In this document: positions 9,115 through 20,506 of the stretch, in pieces
Numbering within the stretch: position 1 is the stretch's first letter
How the letters are laid out: the number at the start of each line of letters is the position of its first letter
Virus record (IMG/VR): IMGVR_UViG_3300042516_003753
Span: 1-62,222 of that record
Length of the DNA stretch: 62,222 bases
Reading direction: 5' to 3' (one strand)
Source of the DNA: a virus
Taxonomy: Duplodnaviria; Caudoviricetes
Translations under genes and position numbers: made by a program
Notes under the pieces: generated by a model
Told to the model about the DNA's origin: nothing
Databases searched by the model: none
The model's input: only the letters and a program-made list of their open reading frames with translations

Positions 9115-10230
9115 TTAAACTGTTCTTATGACATTCATTTCTTCCATTTTTTTGTTAGTTTGCTCAATAATATCGTCCAATAAATCAATACCACTTAACC
9201 ATTTTTTATACTCATTAACACTATCATGTATTGACCTTTTTGGTTCCCATCCCAAAGATCTAAGTTTAGAAATATCAGAAACTATATGGCGGGTATCACC
9301 AAATCTATATCTGCCAGATGGTTTAGGAATATAGTTATCATATCCAAAAATACTAGCAACTACTTTAGCAAATTCATTGATAGTTATTGGTAAACCTCCA
9401 CCAACATTAAACATTTCATAGTTTGCCCTTTCATCATTCATTACTAAAATATTTGCATCAACAACATCATGGATATTTACAAAATCCCTAACTTGATTAC
9501 CATCTTCATAAATTTGAGGTTCTTTTCCCTGATAAAAAGAAAGTGAAAAAATTCTACAAGCACCGCTATAAGTATTATAAAAACTTTGTCTAGATCCTTG
9601 AACAATAGAATATCGCATAGCAACAGAAGGTATTTCATACCTTTTACCTAAAAATAATGCAAACATTTCTTCAGATATTTTACTCATTCCGTATGGATTT
9701 TGAGGATTAGATATAGTTTCATCAGTTTTCGTCCACTTAATAGGAGGATTAAAATTAGATGGACAATCTAATTCCCAAATACCTTGTTTAAGATCAGAAT
9801 CTTTTCTCATGTCAGGAAGAAATTTTTTACCATCTGCATCCAAATACAATCCTTCCCCCAAGGTTGCTTGACTACTAGCAACTATAACTTTTTTAATTGG
9901 TATTTTGTAATTATAAATCAATTCATATATCTTTGCAGTTGAAGAAACATTTACATCAACAAATTTACTAAAGATTGGCAAATAATCTTGAAAGGCAGCA
10001 AAATGAAATATAACATCACATCCCAAAATAGATTGCAACAAAATTTTTTCATCATTGACATTACCATATATAAATTCTATTCTAGAATCTAAGTATGATG
10101 GAACTATTTTATTTTTATGAACTGGTTCTTCTAAACTATCAAGAACACGAACAGAATGTCCTTCACTCAAAAGACGATCTGCAGTGTGAGATCCTATAAA
10201 TCCAGCTCCGCCAGTTATTAAAACTTTCAT
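9115..10230 (-). CDS. NAD-dependent epimerase/dehydratase
   Basis: ITGGAGFIG, YGMSK, RDFVNIHDVV and YRFGDTRH motifs. Confidence 0.9.
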   Translation of the reverse strand: MKVLITGGAGFIGSHTADRLLSEGHSVRVLDSLEEPVHKNKIVPSYLDSRIEFIYGNVNDEKILLQSILGCDVIFHFAAFQDYLPIFSKFVDVNVSSTAKIYELIYNYKIPIKKVIVASSQATLGEGLYLDADGKKFLPDMRKDSDLKQGIWELDCPSNFNPPIKWTKTDETISNPQNPYGMSKISEEMFALFLGKRYEIPSVAMRYSIVQGSRQSFYNTYSGACRIFSLSFYQGKEPQIYEDGNQVRDFVNIHDVVDANILVMNDERANYEMFNVGGGLPITINEFAKVVASIFGYDNYIPKPSGRYRFGDTRHIVSDISKLRSLGWEPKRSIHDSVNEYKKWLSGIDLLDDIIEQTNKKMEEMNVIRTV

Positions 10231-10235
10231 TATAA

Positions 10236-10934
10236 TTAATTTCTTAGTTCTGAGTGATTTTTTTTCAAAGCAATTATTTTAGGTTCGTAAGGATAATTAG
10301 AATTTTCATAAAATTCTTCAGCCCAACAATAAGATGGTGTTAAACTTAAAGAGGGTTTATTATCAATAAGATACCTGTTCATTTGGGATTCATCATGCCA
10401 TAAAGCGATAACTCCATTCTCAAGATCTTTATTTACACGGTCTGCAATGATTTCAGACATTTTAATAAATTCTTCAGTCGTTCCGCCGTTGAATCCACCA
10501 GCATAATAATTTTCCCCTTCATGACCGAATGGAACATATGCTAATGATTTTGGATTTCTATCATAAGATCTTTGTTCCTTTGGATAGAAAGATTGATATG
10601 GGTGCATAGTAGCAACTATGCCATCAGTTAAAATTTCATCTCCAACAGAATTATCAATTCTCATATCAGCATCAAGATAAAAACAATAATCATGCTGGAG
10701 AATAAAATCTTTCTCTTTTACAAAATAATTATATCTTTTTAAAGTTGGCATTGGCCATGGTTCATGGTCAATATAATGAACTTTTATATTATCAGAAGTT
10801 TCAACTTCATGATCGGTAAACAACAAACAACTAATTTCATGTCCATTTAAAAAATTTTCCTCAATAGAATCATACAGTTTTTCAACAAACTGAAGATATT
10901 TGTTTGTAGCAATGGTTAATATACAGATTTTCAT
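10236..10934 (-). CDS. Glycosyltransferase family 6
   Basis: IATNKY, WPMPTLKR, DAD, YYAGGFNGG and WHDESQMNRY motifs. Confidence 0.92.
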   Translation of the reverse strand: MKICILTIATNKYLQFVEKLYDSIEENFLNGHEISCLLFTDHEVETSDNIKVHYIDHEPWPMPTLKRYNYFVKEKDFILQHDYCFYLDADMRIDNSVGDEILTDGIVATMHPYQSFYPKEQRSYDRNPKSLAYVPFGHEGENYYAGGFNGGTTEEFIKMSEIIADRVNKDLENGVIALWHDESQMNRYLIDNKPSLSLTPSYCWAEEFYENSNYPYEPKIIALKKNHSELRN

Positions 10935-10943
10935 TTTAATTAA

Positions 10944-11531
10944 TTAACAAATAGTACTACCCCGTTTCCCAATACATACGTATTTTGAATACAGACTTTC
11001 ATCAACAACAGTTGGATCAACATACCAATCTTCAAAAGGATCATCACCAACGTTATTTACATCACAAGCAACTAATACATAACCACGATCTATTAAATAT
11101 TCTCTAGAAGCATTTCTTACTTCTTCACCGCACGAATAATAATCAGTTTCAAATGTAATTACCGAGAATTTGTACTTATCAAACGGAACTGCAGTTAAGC
11201 ACTTATAAGTATTTTCTGCTGGTTCACAATCAACTTGAAGATAATCAATACGATCAATATCACCCCATATATTTTTAATGTGTTCATGATAATCAAATGA
11301 AGATCCATCTGCCAAAACACATTTATTTTTTCTTACCGAATTAAATTTATTAACATACTCACTTACAATGTCCAAAGAAAAACCTTCCCAAGAATAATCT
11401 TTTTCTAGTAAATAAGTATTGCTGATGTTAATAGGATCAAATGCTCCTATTTCAAGATACTTCCCACCCTTTTTATTTTGAAGCATGGTTAATACAAATT
11501 TATCTTGCCCAGCTTGAGAAAAACTTTCCAT
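10944..11531 (-). CDS. FkbM-like methyltransferase
   Basis: SQAGQD, LEIGA..SNT and IDYLQVDCE motifs. Confidence 0.75.
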   Translation of the reverse strand: MESFSQAGQDKFVLTMLQNKKGGKYLEIGAFDPINISNTYLLEKDYSWEGFSLDIVSEYVNKFNSVRKNKCVLADGSSFDYHEHIKNIWGDIDRIDYLQVDCEPAENTYKCLTAVPFDKYKFSVITFETDYYSCGEEVRNASREYLIDRGYVLVACDVNNVGDDPFEDWYVDPTVVDESLYSKYVCIGKRGSTIC

Positions 11532-11532
11532 T

Positions 11533-12312
11533 TTATTGAATCTCCTTTTTTATCATTGTTGTAAAATACAAATATCCATTAGGTGGCCAAAAATCAAGAA
11601 CTTTACTTACACTAACAGTAAAGTCTTTTTGGGCTCTTTCTAAAAGAATTTGTCTACTAACTTGTCCTTTATTAAGTATCATATAAACTCTTTTAGAATT
11701 TGCAATTACATTTTCATAATAAGCATTTTGAAGTTCTAAATTAAGTTCAGAATATGCATAATTGCTAATGAGAAGATCTACGTTATCAATCTTCTCTGGA
11801 GTTGAATGAGTAAAAACTTTATCACCTACATCAAAATTAGAAAGATATTTTTTCTGGAGTTTAGATGCTGGTTCCATGTCATAGATATGATATTCATCAA
11901 AATCACAAAGACAACTAATTGTTTTACACAACCCACCATATCCTCCACCTATTTCGACAATTTTATTAATTTCACATTCTCCAACAAAATGAGAAATATC
12001 TAATGTATTTTGAATATATCTTAACGTAGATGGGGAAATTTTACCAAATGGTTCATCATACTCAACAATTTGAGAACCACCGAATTTATCATTTTCTTTA
12101 AAAGAATCTATAATTTGAGGATCTAAATCATATTGTAGAATTCCTTTAATATATCTTTGCCCGTCTTCAGGAGATACATGCTCTAAGACTGGAGTGTATC
12201 TTGAATCTGTTTTAAATGTTTTAAAAACTTCATCATCTAAAACTGCTTCTCTGCAAATATCAGCATAAGAATCAGTTGCTGACATATCAACACATGTCCA
12301 ATTATCAATCAT
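11533..12312 (-). CDS. Putative sugar O-methyltransferase
   Basis: VEIGGGYGGL and ISNYAYSEL motifs. Confidence 0.8.
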   Translation of the reverse strand: MIDNWTCVDMSATDSYADICREAVLDDEVFKTFKTDSRYTPVLEHVSPEDGQRYIKGILQYDLDPQIIDSFKENDKFGGSQIVEYDEPFGKISPSTLRYIQNTLDISHFVGECEINKIVEIGGGYGGLCKTISCLCDFDEYHIYDMEPASKLQKKYLSNFDVGDKVFTHSTPEKIDNVDLLISNYAYSELNLELQNAYYENVIANSKRVYMILNKGQVSRQILLERAQKDFTVSVSKVLDFWPPNGYLYFTTMIKKEIQ

Positions 12313-13174
12313 TTATAATCTCCATTAATTTTTTTACAGATGCTTTAAAGGATAATTCCTTTTCAATATATTTTTTAGGGTTATATGAATTTATTTTAGC
12401 ACAGAATTTAGAAAAAGAAAATTCCATATCATTTTCATTATAAAAAACTTCACCACATTCATTAGACCAATAAGGAACAGAAGATGCAGGAACTCTGTAT
12501 TCTTCACCTTGATCTAACCATTCTTCAACATCCCAAACAAATAAAGGGGTGTTTGATTGCATTATTTCTTGAACTGCGATTCCCTGGCTTTCCGTTCCGT
12601 TTACCAAAAAACAAAACTTACACTGTTCTAATAATTCTTTTAATTTACTCTCATCATAATTGCCATAAGAAATTATAGTATAAGTAAGATTATTTTTTTT
12701 CAGTAATTGTATAGATTTTTCAAGATCCTCATCATTTCTTCTTTTAAAATAAATTAAACAATCATATGAAATATTTTTATTGATCGCAAATTCCTCAATC
12801 CCAACTGGCCATATTGAAATTTTATCAGGAGTAACATCAAACTTTGTAATAAGTTTATTCTTGACCCACAAAGAAGGAACTATTAATTTATTATAATACT
12901 GAGGATTTTCAATTAAAAACCTACCATATGGGCAGAATGGCCAAAACTGTGGTCCAATAAAACAAGTTTCGTGTTCTAGTGTTTCATGAATTTTATATTC
13001 ACGCTCAGAATAATCCAATAATAGATTTTTTTCGTAAACATTTTTATTAATTACATACTCAATACCATTTTCACTCAAAGATTTCTTTAAATTTTTTCTT
13101 ACTTTCAGAGGTCCACATGTTTTACCGTTCTGTAGGTAAGAGTATGCATTTTCATCATACCATATATTAATCAT
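12305..13174 (-). CDS. GT-B glycosyltransferase-like protein
   Basis: IVPSLW, WPVGI and ESQGIAVQE motifs. Confidence 0.6.
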   Translation of the reverse strand: MINIWYDENAYSYLQNGKTCGPLKVRKNLKKSLSENGIEYVINKNVYEKNLLLDYSEREYKIHETLEHETCFIGPQFWPFCPYGRFLIENPQYYNKLIVPSLWVKNKLITKFDVTPDKISIWPVGIEEFAINKNISYDCLIYFKRRNDEDLEKSIQLLKKNNLTYTIISYGNYDESKLKELLEQCKFCFLVNGTESQGIAVQEIMQSNTPLFVWDVEEWLDQGEEYRVPASSVPYWSNECGEVFYNENDMEFSFSKFCAKINSYNPKKYIEKELSFKASVKKLMEIIND

Positions 13175-13974
13175 AAAACAATCCACTCATTTAAATATAA
13201 ATCTTGATAATATTTATTGGTATCTAAACCCCCTGCCCATTTTTTAGGTGCTATAGTTTTTTTACTTTTTGCTAACCACGATCCCCACCAACTGAAAGAA
13301 CTATTAGCAATAATATGATATTTGCACATAGTCTGTAGACAAAGATCTACGCCAGTATTATTGTCTTCAGAAAATAAAAATCTATCGTGAGAAAATATTT
13401 GTTGATTTTTACACCACTCAATATCATCAGAAAATATTAAAACTGGATTATTGTTAGGAAAATATTCTAGAGATTTTTTATAATAATTTATATCTTGAAT
13501 AGGGTGAACATCGGGGCAATTCAAATAATCGGTTCTACGAACATGCAAAGAAATAACATCAGAAATTCCAAAATTTTCTTTAAAAAATTGTTTACATGGA
13601 TCTAGTATGTCATCTACAAATGTAAATGCATTTCTAATTTCATTTTCAGCATTTTCAAAATAAGTTTTAAACTGATAATATCCAAACAAATTGATATTAT
13701 TTGGGCATTTATCCCAAATATAATTATGAAATTCGTTTGGTGGTTCCATTAATAATGGATAATTGGTAATTTTATATTCTACTTCTGGAAGATTAAAACA
13801 TTCGTATAAAGTTATATCTGTATTTTTTACTTTAGAATCGTACAGACCAAATACGGACCTTGGTGGTAAACAATATTCATAGTTGTGTTTTTTTGCTATT
13901 CCCCGAAGACTTGCATATTGAAACATTTGATTTCCAAGTCTACCAAGATTTCCAAGTTTGTCAAAAGAAATCAT
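13171..13974 (-). CDS. Glycosyltransferase family 11
   Basis: GRLGNQMFQYA, HVRRTDY and ANSSFSWW motifs. Confidence 0.92.
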   Translation of the reverse strand: MISFDKLGNLGRLGNQMFQYASLRGIAKKHNYEYCLPPRSVFGLYDSKVKNTDITLYECFNLPEVEYKITNYPLLMEPPNEFHNYIWDKCPNNINLFGYYQFKTYFENAENEIRNAFTFVDDILDPCKQFFKENFGISDVISLHVRRTDYLNCPDVHPIQDINYYKKSLEYFPNNNPVLIFSDDIEWCKNQQIFSHDRFLFSEDNNTGVDLCLQTMCKYHIIANSSFSWWGSWLAKSKKTIAPKKWAGGLDTNKYYQDLYLNEWIVL

Positions 13975-14765
13975 ACTCTAATCCACCCATCAACATATAA
14001 ATCACTAGCATTTATCGGATTAGAATCTGGGTTCCATAAAGAAGGAATAAAAATTTTCTTTGCATTTGACAAGTATGCTCCCCACCAACTATAAGTACTA
14101 TTAGCAGTAATTACATAATCACACAAAGACATGAGGCACAAATCAATATATGGGTCATTAACTTCAGAAACTAAAAATCTATCTTCAGAAAAAAGATCTT
14201 GCTTTTTACACCATTCAGGTTCATCAGAAAAAATTAAAACTTTACAAGTTTTTGGTAAATCAAGTAAACATTTTTCATAGTAACTCATATCTTGAGAAAC
14301 ATGATTATTATTGGTAACAAAATCCGTTCTTCTAATATGAATTCCGACCAACTCAGAGTTATCACTAAGTTGAGTTTTTAAATCAGAAGCAATATCGTAA
14401 TATTCAGATTTGAACTGAAAATCTTTTTTAATTTGATCATCAATATGCTTAAACCATTTATCAGATTGAAAGAATCCCAAAAGATCAACATTTCCTTTAG
14501 GTGGATTCTCATAAGTTTCTTTATCAAAATGAAAATGCCGTTCTTCATGTATTGGGAAATCACTAATTCCCCTAGAGCAATTAATATTAAAACAATCGTC
14601 AATATTACTTCTTAAAGTGGTATAATAATATTTACCAAAAACATCTTTTGGGGGTATCATAAAATCCCTATTGTGTTTAATAGAAAGAGATTTAATTGCA
14701 GAATATTGAAACATTTGATTTCCCAAATGCCCATGATTACCTAAACGATTAAAAGAAAAAGTCAT
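13971..14765 (-). CDS. Glycosyltransferase family 11 (second copy)
   Basis: GHLGNQMFQY, HIRRTDF and ANSTYSWW motifs. Confidence 0.92.
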   Translation of the reverse strand: MTFSFNRLGNHGHLGNQMFQYSAIKSLSIKHNRDFMIPPKDVFGKYYYTTLRSNIDDCFNINCSRGISDFPIHEERHFHFDKETYENPPKGNVDLLGFFQSDKWFKHIDDQIKKDFQFKSEYYDIASDLKTQLSDNSELVGIHIRRTDFVTNNNHVSQDMSYYEKCLLDLPKTCKVLIFSDEPEWCKKQDLFSEDRFLVSEVNDPYIDLCLMSLCDYVITANSTYSWWGAYLSNAKKIFIPSLWNPDSNPINASDLYVDGWIRV

Positions 14766-15925
14766 AATTGCTTAAATGTATTCTCCAGAAGATTCAATTC
14801 TTTATCACCAATAAAATGATTGTTACCCAAATAAATCCCATTATCATGAACAAAATCAACAGTCAAAGTATCTTTGTTACTAGTTACACTATAACCTTTC
14901 AAGAATGGTTGTCTTAATAGATTCCCACTTATAATTGGACGGTGTTCTATACCAACTTCAACAAACTTCTTCCTCAAATCATCTGCTATTTCTTTTGTTT
15001 TGCAAATTAAAGGAAAACAAAAATTACTACATGTAGGATAATATTTTGGAGCAATAAATTTATCAGGATATTTTTTAATGAGTTCTATAAAATTAATATA
15101 ATTTTTGTTTCTAATTTCAATATACTTATCTAACCTTTTGAGTTGAGATAGTCCAAGAACCGCACCAAGTTCATGATTTCTAAAATTATACCCGTCAGTT
15201 ACAAATAAAAACTGATCTGAAACATCTGGATATTTTTGAGCATACTCTTTATGTTTTGTAGATTCTCTTGCAAGTCCATGACTTCTCTTCATTCGCATGA
15301 GATCATACAATTCATAATTGTTAGTGGATACCATTCCACCTTCAATAGTAGACATATGGTGTCCAAAGTAAAAACTGAATGTAGAACCTAAACTATCGGA
15401 TCCACGACGAGTTCCATCTGGAGATTTGCATCCATGAGATTCACACACATCATCCAGTATCAAAGCATTTGGAAATAAGTTTTTATACCGTTCATTATTC
15501 GCAGAAAATCCAATTAAGTGTGTAACAAAAATTAGTTTAATGTCAGGATGTTCTTTGGAAATGTATTCGAGATCTTCTTCACAAAAACTAAAATTATTAA
15601 TATTAATATCACAAAAAATAGGAGTAAATCCTAATTGAATAACTGGTCCAATATTAGTAACCCAAGTACAAGAAGGAACTAATACTTTATCCCCATCTTT
15701 CAATCCGTATAGTTCTTTAACTGCAGATAGTAATAGATAATTTGCGGTACTTCCAGAAGAAACATAAAGTGAATATTTTGCACCTAACCATTTACTCCAT
15801 TCATCTTCAAACTTCCTAACCATTTTACCATTAGTAAAACGATCAGAAGTCAGAACAAACTTTGCAAGATTAAACCTATCACCAAAGGTGATATTGTTTT
15901 TCATCAAAGGCCATTTAAATTGCAT
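14762..15925 (-). CDS. DegT-family PLP enzyme, ColD-like GDP-4-keto-6-deoxymannose 3-dehydratase
   Basis: VSSGSTAN, DDVCESHG and SFYFGHHMSTIEGG, with His at the usual catalytic Lys position. Confidence 0.8.
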   Translation of the reverse strand: MQFKWPLMKNNITFGDRFNLAKFVLTSDRFTNGKMVRKFEDEWSKWLGAKYSLYVSSGSTANYLLLSAVKELYGLKDGDKVLVPSCTWVTNIGPVIQLGFTPIFCDININNFSFCEEDLEYISKEHPDIKLIFVTHLIGFSANNERYKNLFPNALILDDVCESHGCKSPDGTRRGSDSLGSTFSFYFGHHMSTIEGGMVSTNNYELYDLMRMKRSHGLARESTKHKEYAQKYPDVSDQFLFVTDGYNFRNHELGAVLGLSQLKRLDKYIEIRNKNYINFIELIKKYPDKFIAPKYYPTCSNFCFPLICKTKEIADDLRKKFVEVGIEHRPIISGNLLRQPFLKGYSVTSNKDTLTVDFVHDNGIYLGNNHFIGDKELNLLENTFKQL

Positions 15926-16844
15926 TTTTCTTATACCATTCGTAAGTTTTCTCAATACCTTCACGAAGACCAATTTTTGGTTCCCATCCCAAAGATTTAA
16001 TTTTATCTACATTCAATACTTTACGAGGAGTCCCATTTGGTTTACTAGTATCCCACTTAATTTCTCCTTCATAACCAACAACATCAGAAATTGTTTGAGC
16101 AAGTTCTTTGATTGTCATGTCTTCACCTGTACCAACGTTGATATGTTCAGGTTCATTATAGTTTTGCATACACATATAACATGCTTCTGCAAGATCATCA
16201 ACATGGAGAAATTCTCTCATAGGTGATCCATCCCCCCAACATTCTACTTGAGAAGAATTCAATTTTTTTGCATCATGAAATCTAGAAATAAATCCAGGAA
16301 GAACATGTGATGTTGCTAAATCAAAATTATCATTAGGACCATAAAGATTTGTAGGCATCAAAGAGATAGCATTAAATCCATGCTGTTCCCGATATGCTTG
16401 GCACATCTTCAGACCAACTATTTTTGCCAATGCATAAGCATCATTTGTTGGTTCCAGGGGACCACTCATTAACTGATCTTCAGTAATTGGTTGAGTTGCA
16501 AATTTTGGATAAATGCAAGAAGACCCAAGAAAAAGAAGTTTTTTAACACCAAACTTATAAGCAGTGTCAATAATGTTTGTTTGAATCTGAAGATTTTCTT
16601 TTAAAAAATCTGCTTTACTACTATTATTTGCCATAATGCCACCAACTTTAGCGGCAGCAACAAATACATATTCAGGTCTTTTATCTCTAAAAAAGTTTTT
16701 AGTTTCTTCTTGATCTGTAAAATCTACAAAATATCTAATACCTTTAATGATATTTTTGTATCCTTTATTTTGGAGATTTCTCGCAATTGCTGATCCAACC
16801 ATACCATGAGCACCAGCAACTAATACTCTTGAATTATTGTCCAT
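15915..16844 (-). CDS. fcl: GDP-L-fucose synthase (Fcl/WcaG; ColC-like)
   Basis: [29 protein letters not shown] and REFLHVDD motifs. Confidence 0.93.
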   Translation of the reverse strand: MDNNSRVLVAGAHGMVGSAIARNLQNKGYKNIIKGIRYFVDFTDQEETKNFFRDKRPEYVFVAAAKVGGIMANNSSKADFLKENLQIQTNIIDTAYKFGVKKLLFLGSSCIYPKFATQPITEDQLMSGPLEPTNDAYALAKIVGLKMCQAYREQHGFNAISLMPTNLYGPNDNFDLATSHVLPGFISRFHDAKKLNSSQVECWGDGSPMREFLHVDDLAEACYMCMQNYNEPEHINVGTGEDMTIKELAQTISDVVGYEGEIKWDTSKPNGTPRKVLNVDKIKSLGWEPKIGLREGIEKTYEWYKKNAI

Positions 16845-17835
16845 AAATGCACATATCCTCAACAAGTTGTTCAAATGAAATTTTAGGTTCCCAACCTAAC
16901 TTTTGTTTTGCCTTTGTGGCATCACCTAATAAGGTTTCTACTTCAGCAGGACGAAAATATTTAGGACTTACTTTAATAACGGTTCTTTTAGTAAGTTTGT
17001 CAATACCAACTTCATCAATACCTTCACCCTCCCAAGCAATACTCATTCCAAAATATGGTGCTGCTTTTTCAACAAACTCACGTACTGAGTATTGCTCTCC
17101 TGTGGCAATTACATAATCATCTGGTTCATCCTGCTGGAGCATCAACCACATCGCTTCTACAAAGTCTTTAGCATGACCCCAGTCACGTTTTGCATTCAGA
17201 TTCCCGAGATATAATATATCTTGTCTCCCAGTTGAAATAGATGATAATCCGCGAGTGATTTTTCTTGTGACAAAAGTTTCTCCTCTTCTAGGGGATTCGT
17301 GATTGAAAAGAATTCCAGAACTTGCATGTAGTCCATATGACTCTCTGTAGTTTTTGACGATCCAATATCCATAAACTTTTGCAACTCCATAAGGTGAGCG
17401 GGGATAAAACGGCGTAGTTTCTGATTGAGGAATTTCTTGAACCTTACCAAACATTTCCGAAGTTGATGCTTGATAAATTCGTGTTTTGTTTTCCATCCCC
17501 AATAAACGAACTGCTTCAAGAATACGAAGAGTTCCCAATCCATCAGTCTGACCAGTATATTCTGGAACTTCAAAAGACACTTTTACATGACTTTGGGCAC
17601 CAAGATTATATATTTCATCTGGTTGAACTTGCTGAATAACCCTTACAAGGTTGGTAGAGTCAGTAAGATCACCATAATGAAGTTTAATTTGATCATAGAT
17701 ATGATCAATCCTATGCGTATTAATTAACGAAGCACGTCGAATAATGCCGTGTACTTCATATCCTTTTTCTAGAAGTAATTCTGCAAGATAAGATCCATCT
17801 TGTCCAGTAATTCCAGTTATCAGTGCAGTTTTCAT
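16834..17835 (-). CDS. gmd: GDP-mannose 4,6-dehydratase
   Basis: [11 protein letters not shown] and [15 protein letters not shown] motifs. Confidence 0.97.
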   Translation of the reverse strand: MKTALITGITGQDGSYLAELLLEKGYEVHGIIRRASLINTHRIDHIYDQIKLHYGDLTDSTNLVRVIQQVQPDEIYNLGAQSHVKVSFEVPEYTGQTDGLGTLRILEAVRLLGMENKTRIYQASTSEMFGKVQEIPQSETTPFYPRSPYGVAKVYGYWIVKNYRESYGLHASSGILFNHESPRRGETFVTRKITRGLSSISTGRQDILYLGNLNAKRDWGHAKDFVEAMWLMLQQDEPDDYVIATGEQYSVREFVEKAAPYFGMSIAWEGEGIDEVGIDKLTKRTVIKVSPKYFRPAEVETLLGDATKAKQKLGWEPKISFEQLVEDMCIYGQ

Positions 17836-18992
17836 GCCAATTCTTTTCTTAAATATTGGGATAATTTTTCATCAACAAATCTCCATGGAGATTTTCCAGA
17901 ATTAATAATTTTAGTCAAATTATGATTTTCTATAAAGTTTTTACTTTTTTCTTTACAAGATTTCCAATAATAACTATCATATACTGACCCATTTTGATAA
18001 TGGTAGTTTATAAAATGTATGACTTCTTCCATCAAAGAAAGATATGAATTATTAATTTCATTTTTATTTCCATATCCTTCAATATAAGAGACTATTAAAT
18101 CATTAACAATCTCAAAACATTCCATAGAAGTTGCTTGCAATGGTTCAAAGAAGAATAATGAATTTCCGTTTTTTATTATATTTTTATTTTCAGTTATTAA
18201 TTTTTTCCTATAAAAACTTTTAAAAGTATAGTCCATATGCTTGTCAAAGTCAATATCAGGATAACTAACTACATTATCAACATTTCTAGGATTTTTAAAT
18301 ATATCTTTCATATTATCCAATGCTTCTTCCTTAGAAATAAATCTATTATCATACAGATATCCCCAATTTTGCTTATCCATCAAAGGAATACCAAACATCC
18401 ATCCATATTGATGTGCATAATGATAAGTAAATTGCCAATTACCAGGTTTTTTTGAAGAGCAGACTATTGCAGAATTTACATAGATATTGTCCACAAAACA
18501 TGCATCATCATAATTTTCAGAAAATCCTCTACAATCAATCAAATAATCAAAAACATAAACATCATTATCCAGTATAACTTCAACATGAGAATCTTTTGAC
18601 GTAAATTTGGAAACATTTCCATGCTTGACAAAAAATCTTTTAGGATACTCTTTAGAAAATATAGGTAATAAAAATTGCCTAAGCTCCCTATTATTAAAAT
18701 GTATTCCATAATTTCCAGCAGGAAATCTAGAATAAAAATCTTCTTTTTTCCAATTAGTAAAAGTAACTTGATGCTTGAATGTACATCTTAAATTATGAAA
18801 ATGCTGATCAACATTAAACCCTATAGAATTATAAAGATTGTTTGGAAATCCAAGAAGTGTAGATTCCCCGACACCAATTATATCAATATTTGGATCATAT
18901 AATAGATAAATATCAGCATTTTTTATAGAACTAAGCAATGAAGATACTGTTAAAAGACCTGCAGTTCCTGAACCAATAATTCCAATTTTCAT
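17832..18992 (-). CDS. Tryptophan halogenase-like flavoprotein
   Basis: IGSGTAG, GVGEST, IDCRGF, GWMFGIP and FFEPLQATS motifs. Confidence 0.8.
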   Translation of the reverse strand: MKIGIIGSGTAGLLTVSSLLSSIKNADIYLLYDPNIDIIGVGESTLLGFPNNLYNSIGFNVDQHFHNLRCTFKHQVTFTNWKKEDFYSRFPAGNYGIHFNNRELRQFLLPIFSKEYPKRFFVKHGNVSKFTSKDSHVEVILDNDVYVFDYLIDCRGFSENYDDACFVDNIYVNSAIVCSSKKPGNWQFTYHYAHQYGWMFGIPLMDKQNWGYLYDNRFISKEEALDNMKDIFKNPRNVDNVVSYPDIDFDKHMDYTFKSFYRKKLITENKNIIKNGNSLFFFEPLQATSMECFEIVNDLIVSYIEGYGNKNEINNSYLSLMEEVIHFINYHYQNGSVYDSYYWKSCKEKSKNFIENHNLTKIINSGKSPWRFVDEKLSQYLRKELA

Positions 18993-19765
18993 ATAATTTT
19001 TTTGATAAATTCTTCTCTATTAAAATTAGACATTTCAATCCAAGCTCTGGTTTCCCATCCACATAAAGCATCCATCAAACTACCAAAATCAAATAAGAAA
19101 TAATTATCATGATTATCCCATATTTTTTTCTGCATTGCTCTTCCAGAACATCCCATAGAAGTCACAACAACAGAATACTCACTGTCATCCAATGATACCT
19201 TTTTAAATTCCTGATATATTTCTTCAAACTTAGAAAAAGAAGATTTTGATGGTGTTTTGATGTGAATAACATCTTTACCAAAAAGTTTTTCTAAAATTTC
19301 TTTAGGAATATTTTCATTACCTATAAAATACTTGACTTGATTAGAAATTTGTTTTAAAAACTGAGCGGCATAATTTGGATCTTGAATTGATATATGCGAT
19401 AAAGCAACATTACTATAAAGTTCTATCTCACTTAGTTCTCCAGTAATTTTTCTAAAATTATTTAAAATATCTTCACACCAATTTAAGGGAGCTTCATGAT
19501 TCCCCGGAAACATTCCAACTTCTAAAGTTTCCAGATCTTTACAATGCAAGGGCAAAGTTCTAAGTACATTTGGATGATTTAATCTCATAGCATCGGTCAT
19601 CATTACTTTTAACTTTTCATTGGATTCCTGCAAAAGTTCAGAAACTCCTAAAGCAAGATTTACGTCACCATCCCCAAATCTAAAATAAGCTCCTTTTTGT
19701 TTAGTTTTAATTATTAAAGAAATTTTGTCTAATGTTTCCTGGGTTGAATAAAATTTAACTTCCAT
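18989..19765 (-). CDS. GT-D fold glycosyltransferase-like protein
   Basis: RFGDGD and DFGSLMD motifs. Confidence 0.65.
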   Translation of the reverse strand: MEVKFYSTQETLDKISLIIKTKQKGAYFRFGDGDVNLALGVSELLQESNEKLKVMMTDAMRLNHPNVLRTLPLHCKDLETLEVGMFPGNHEAPLNWCEDILNNFRKITGELSEIELYSNVALSHISIQDPNYAAQFLKQISNQVKYFIGNENIPKEILEKLFGKDVIHIKTPSKSSFSKFEEIYQEFKKVSLDDSEYSVVVTSMGCSGRAMQKKIWDNHDNYFLFDFGSLMDALCGWETRAWIEMSNFNREEFIKKII

Positions 19766-20355
19766 TACATTACAACTCTAATAAAGTTTCCATCACCAAA
19801 TACATTACAGTCCATGTGAATTAAATCCACATCATAACATTTTAACTTTTTATTTTTTGAAAATTGCCACAAAGATTTTTCAATATTTACCATATTATAA
19901 TTCATAAAATCCCAATCAGTATTTTTTAACCATTCAATCAAGTAATTTGTTTTCATAGCAAAACAACCAGTAAAATATTGATCATCAATATTTCTAGCAT
20001 ATAAATCATACCCAGGATTTTTTTCAATTAAATCAAAAAAATATTTATCGGTAAAATGATACCTTCCAGTTATTTGAACCGTCATATCATCATTAACATC
20101 ATTATTATCAAAAAATTTTTCGAGTGCTTTTCCTAAATTTGCACCTTTGTTGCGATAATTAAAATCATGGGTATTTGTACAATAACAAGAAAATTTTTTA
20201 TGCAGGTATGGAGGTTCTTGATTAGATATACATTCCAACCACATAATATTGTGTTGATACAAATTTTCAGATAACCATTTAATTGTTTTTAAATATTCAC
20301 CATGTCTCATATCACTCATAAGATCTATTTCTGCGCTGGTAGATAATATTAACAT
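19765..20355 (-). CDS. Hypothetical protein (glyco island)
   Basis: 196 aa ORF with NKGANL and ITGRY. Confidence 0.6.
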   Translation of the reverse strand: MLILSTSAEIDLMSDMRHGEYLKTIKWLSENLYQHNIMWLECISNQEPPYLHKKFSCYCTNTHDFNYRNKGANLGKALEKFFDNNDVNDDMTVQITGRYHFTDKYFFDLIEKNPGYDLYARNIDDQYFTGCFAMKTNYLIEWLKNTDWDFMNYNMVNIEKSLWQFSKNKKLKCYDVDLIHMDCNVFGDGNFIRVVM

Positions 20356-20387
20356 GGTTAAAATTTTTTGTTCAATTTAATTTATAC

Positions 20388-20416
20388 AAAAAAAGAGAGG
20401 GTAGACCTCTCTTTTT
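20388..20416 (-). terminator. Intrinsic terminator
   Basis: AAAAAGAGAGG/CCTCTCTTTTT stem. Confidence 0.7.
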
Positions 20417-20449
20417 AAGTTTATTTATTTTTTATTCAGAAATATTAAA

Positions 20450-20506
20450 CTGAGCGGGAGAGAGTCCCATCCGCACCACTTGCCTTTTTAAGGGATGGCA
20501 AGAAAC
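20450..20506 (-). ncRNA. Structured RNA module C (manA-like cyanophage motif)
   Basis: CTTGCC/GGCAAG hairpin, then TGGTGCGGATGGGA..TCCCGC hairpin. Confidence 0.5.
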
